Source: Simkaniaceae bacterium (GTDB taxonomy: Bacteria; Chlamydiota; Chlamydiia; Chlamydiales; Simkaniaceae). From it: 10,195 nt of DNA. Shown here piece by piece: positions 8,150 through 10,195 of this stretch. Where the stretch lies: contig JBFWSA010000052.1 of assembly GCA_050248615.1 (NCBI GenBank), positions 1 to 10,195 of the forward strand, given 5' to 3'. Position numbers and translations under genes: made by a program. Position 1 is the first letter of the stretch. Every line of letters starts with the position of its first letter. The notes under the pieces are model-generated. The model made no database searches and had not been told where the DNA came from. It saw only the letters and a program-made list of their open reading frames with translations.

Positions 8150-8500
8150 TTCTCCACATATCTTGTGCTGAATAGTGAAATACTTCTTAAATAACTTGTT
8201 TTCAGTGTTTTTTGATTTTATATAATTACATAAGTTTTTGATTTTAAGATTTTTCTGTTTTTTTGTTAAAAAGAATGAGTTTTTCTTCTTTTTTCGTATT
8301 TATTTTCATATTTTTTTTGATTTTAAAAAAATATTTTTAATTTTTTTGCTTTTGAAAATCGCCCTTAGAATAGCTTATGAAGGCTATTTAATTAATTTGA
8401 TTTTTTCTGTTTTGTTTAAATATTAAAAAACTTTTTTATTTTTTATTAAAAAAAATGTATATTAAAAATTGTAGGACAAAGAAAGGTTTTTCAAGCTAAT
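8150..8500. promoter_or_regulatory. extremely AT/T-rich intergenic region upstream of the histone-like gene, with an IHF-consensus match at 8231-8243
   Basis: Dense T-tracts; four TTTGATTTT copies; TAAGTTTTTGATT is the reverse complement of AATCAA-AAAC-TTA (WATCAANNNNTTR). Confidence 0.4.
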
Positions 8501-8563
8501 TGTGGAATTGAGCTTTAAAAATCAGAGATTGTTAAGGAATTCCAAACTAAGGAGCACAGCAAC

Positions 8564-8860
8564 ATGCCTGCTAAAAGAAGAAAAAGAAAAGCTGCTACAA
8601 AATCTGCAGCAAAAAAAACGACTAGACGCCGCAAGCGTAAGTCTACAGCTAAAACAGCTGCTAAAAAGACTACACGTCGTAGAAAACGTAAAGCAACTAA
8701 GCGTAAGTCAGCTAAACGCAAAACTACTAAGCGTAAAGCAGCTAAAAAAACAGCTAGACGAAGCAAAAAACGTAAGTCTGCAAAAAAAGCTGGAGCTGCA
8801 AAACCAGCTCGTAGACGTAAGCGTAGAAGAAGAAAAGTAGCCGCTGTAGCTGCTGCTTAA
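8564..8860 (+). CDS. histone H1-like/protamine-like nucleoid-condensing protein (chlamydial Hc2-type)
   Basis: 98 aa, 53 K+R (29 K, 24 R), no acidic or aromatic residues; repeated AAKKTTRRRKRK and xxKRK pentamers; SD AAGGAG 8549-8554; followed by a terminator. Confidence 0.88.
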   Translation: MPAKRRKRKAATKSAAKKTTRRRKRKSTAKTAAKKTTRRRKRKATKRKSAKRKTTKRKAAKKTARRSKKRKSAKKAGAAKPARRRKRRRRKVAAVAAA

Positions 8861-8890
8861 GCTTCTCGATACTTCGTTAGTATCCTTCAT

Positions 8891-8921
8891 AAGTCGAGCA
8901 GGTTACTGCTCGGCTTTTTTT
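8891..8921 (+). terminator. intrinsic (Rho-independent) terminator of the histone-like gene
   Basis: AAGTCGAGCAG-GTTA-CTGCTCGGCTT stem-loop running into a T tract; preceded by a small hairpin GATACT/AGTATC 8868-8884. Confidence 0.9.
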
Positions 8922-8927
8922 ATTAAC

Positions 8928-9256
8928 CAACGCCAGTTGCATGTATACTCAAACAACTTCAAAAGTTGGTTTTGGGCAACGCGAAAGCTTTCGGAATTCG
9001 TCGATCTTAAACGACCTCATATTTTTAATATTAGGTCGTTTAAGATCGGCAAATGACGGTGCTTTGGCGGAGCCAAAAATCCAACTTTTGAAGTTGTTTG
9101 AGTATAAGGACTTCATGTAAAGACATATCTTTCTAAGATCTTTCCAGGAAAAACTGCTCGAAAATAGCATTTTTGCTATTTCCTTCGCAGATTTTTCTGG
9201 AAATCTCATCAGAAACCTAAGCCTTTTCATAGAACCCTTACATGCAGCTGGCGTTA
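8928..9256. mobile_element. palindromic miniature element family B (~168 bp when reconstituted), interrupted by family A copy 2
   Basis: Removing family A and one TA restores the left arm AACGCCAGTTGCATGTAAGG, 19/20 complementary to 9236-9255. Inner IRs TTTCCAG/CTGGAAA, CTGC/GCAG and AAATAGCA-TTTT-TGCTATTT. Confidence 0.8.
8944..9106. mobile_element. palindromic miniature element family A, copy 2 (163 bp)
   Basis: Perfect 26-bp terminal inverted repeats, TA at both ends, perfect 16-bp internal IR 9002-9017/9033-9048; same overall orientation as copy 1. Confidence 0.92.
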
Positions 9257-9819
9257 GTCCAAGTTCCTTCCATCACAAGTTCCGTTAACGGTTTGCGTGT
9301 AGAGGGTTTTTCTCGGCTTTGAAGCTCTGAAGAGAGAGTCTTCGGATCTCCCGGTTTTCCAATGGCAATCATCGCTTCTACTTGATAATCATCAGGGATC
9401 TGGCAAACCTTTTTAGCTTTTTTGTAATCAAAACCTTGCATCCCGTGGATCACCAGATTTCGGGCACAGCCTTCCAGGGCAAGATTGCACCAGGCAGCTC
9501 CTGTATCGAAACTATGGGTGATGGAAGGTTTCTGATTATGTTCAAAAAGGGTGTGAGAGAGGATGACAACAAGGACAGCAGCGTGGGACACCCATTTTTG
9601 ATTTCCTTCGCTTAGAAGCTCAAATAAGACCTTCCAGTGAGGTGTTTCCCGTTTAGCGTAGATGAAGCGCCAGGGTTGTGCGTTATAAGAGGAGGGGGCC
9701 CATCTAGCCGCTTCAAAAAGAGGCATGAGCTCCTCATCTGTTAGAGTTTCACCTGACATGGCTCGAGGAGACCAGCGATTCAAGATGAGGCTTTGAATAG
9801 GATATTTAGAAGTTCTCAT
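9238..9819 (-). CDS. nitroreductase family flavoprotein
   Basis: RWSPRAM, EAARWAPSSYNAQPWRF, FDTGAAWCNLALE, HGMQGFD, MIAIGKPG, RKPL motifs. Confidence 0.95.
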   Translation of the reverse strand: MRTSKYPIQSLILNRWSPRAMSGETLTDEELMPLFEAARWAPSSYNAQPWRFIYAKRETPHWKVLFELLSEGNQKWVSHAAVLVVILSHTLFEHNQKPSITHSFDTGAAWCNLALEGCARNLVIHGMQGFDYKKAKKVCQIPDDYQVEAMIAIGKPGDPKTLSSELQSREKPSTRKPLTELVMEGTWTNASCM

Positions 9820-10195
9820 GGGTATACTTTTTATTGGATCCTGTGATTTTTTCTACTAGAGTGTGAGTAAGAGTTGCAATTCCCATACCGATGCAAGCAG
9901 TACCGAGGACATCACTGCAGTAGTGATCTGCAAGAAATACACGGCTAGAAGAGAGGAAAAAGGCGAGGAGGTAAAAAGCGACCTTATAGCGCGGGTATAA
10001 GAAGGAAAGAGAGGTTGCCAGGGTGAATGCAGCGATCGTATGACCTGAGGGAAAGGAGTGATAGTGGGAGTCCAGATGGGGCCCATAGATGCCAAAAATC
10101 CCTTTCTTGAGGAAGATATCGGGCCTAGCTCTACCAATCACAACTTTGGAAAGACGGACGCAAGCTACAGAGAGGCCTTGTGCTGCACTGATTTC
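9806..10195 (-). CDS. PAP2-family membrane phosphatase (5' end outside window)
   Basis: Frame is open to the window edge; all three PAP2 motifs present: K-X6-RP (KVVIGRARP), PSGH, SR-X5-H-X3-D (SRVFLADHYCSD). Confidence 0.93.
   Translation of the reverse strand, partial: EISAAQGLSVACVRLSKVVIGRARPDIFLKKGIFGIYGPHLDSHYHSFPSGHTIAAFTLATSLSFLYPRYKVAFYLLAFFLSSSRVFLADHYCSDVLGTACIGMGIATLTHTLVEKITGSNKKYTHENF

Noticed and set aside
8154..8167. NrdR-box-like CCACATATCTTGTG
   Set aside because: One base short of the palindromic consensus, single copy, and no ribonucleotide reductase gene adjacent.
8150..8509. Possible replication origin (TTCTCCACA 8150-8158, TGTGGAATT 8501-8509, AT-rich core)
   Set aside because: Only one near-consensus DnaA box and one poor match; no box cluster and no origin-associated genes.
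8238..8890. ORFs 8238-8426, 8502-8840, 8515-8766 and 8708-8890
   Set aside because: Low-complexity T-rich translation, or alternative-frame/antisense shadows of the repetitive histone-like gene, which has the SD and terminator.
8949..9230. 93-aa minus-strand ORF immediately downstream of the nitroreductase
   Set aside because: Lies entirely within nested repeat elements B and A; most likely a chance open frame, although translation of a repeat-derived peptide cannot be excluded.
6077..9256. CRISPR array, integron attC sites or an autonomous IS as an explanation for the repeats
   Set aside because: No regularly spaced repeat-spacer array, no cas/integrase/transposase gene, and the ends lack attC RYYYAAC/GTTRRRY cores.

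Overview
AT-rich bacterial chromosomal window. Gene content, especially the extremely Lys/Arg-rich histone H1/Hc2-like protein, suggests an environmental Chlamydiota genome (inference). In order: a partial ORF and a small hypothetical gene (+); an M20 amidohydrolase (-); a ~420 bp gap that looks like a structured RNA; two tandem paralogous small membrane proteins (-); a glutaredoxin / APC amino-acid permease / RarA operon (-); an ABC-F ATPase (+); a very T-rich spacer; a protamine-like nucleoid protein with terminator (+); a nitroreductase and a truncated PAP2 phosphatase (-). The most striking non-coding structure is a set of TA-bounded ~165 bp palindromic miniature elements (ERIC/RPE/MITE-like). 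Family A occurs twice (6077-6241, 8944-9106), with a covarying stem pair and a central 15 bp loop that is inverted between copies. The second copy is nested in the left arm of a different ~168 bp palindrome (family B, 8928-9256), whose right end now supplies the last codons and stop of the nitroreductase gene.
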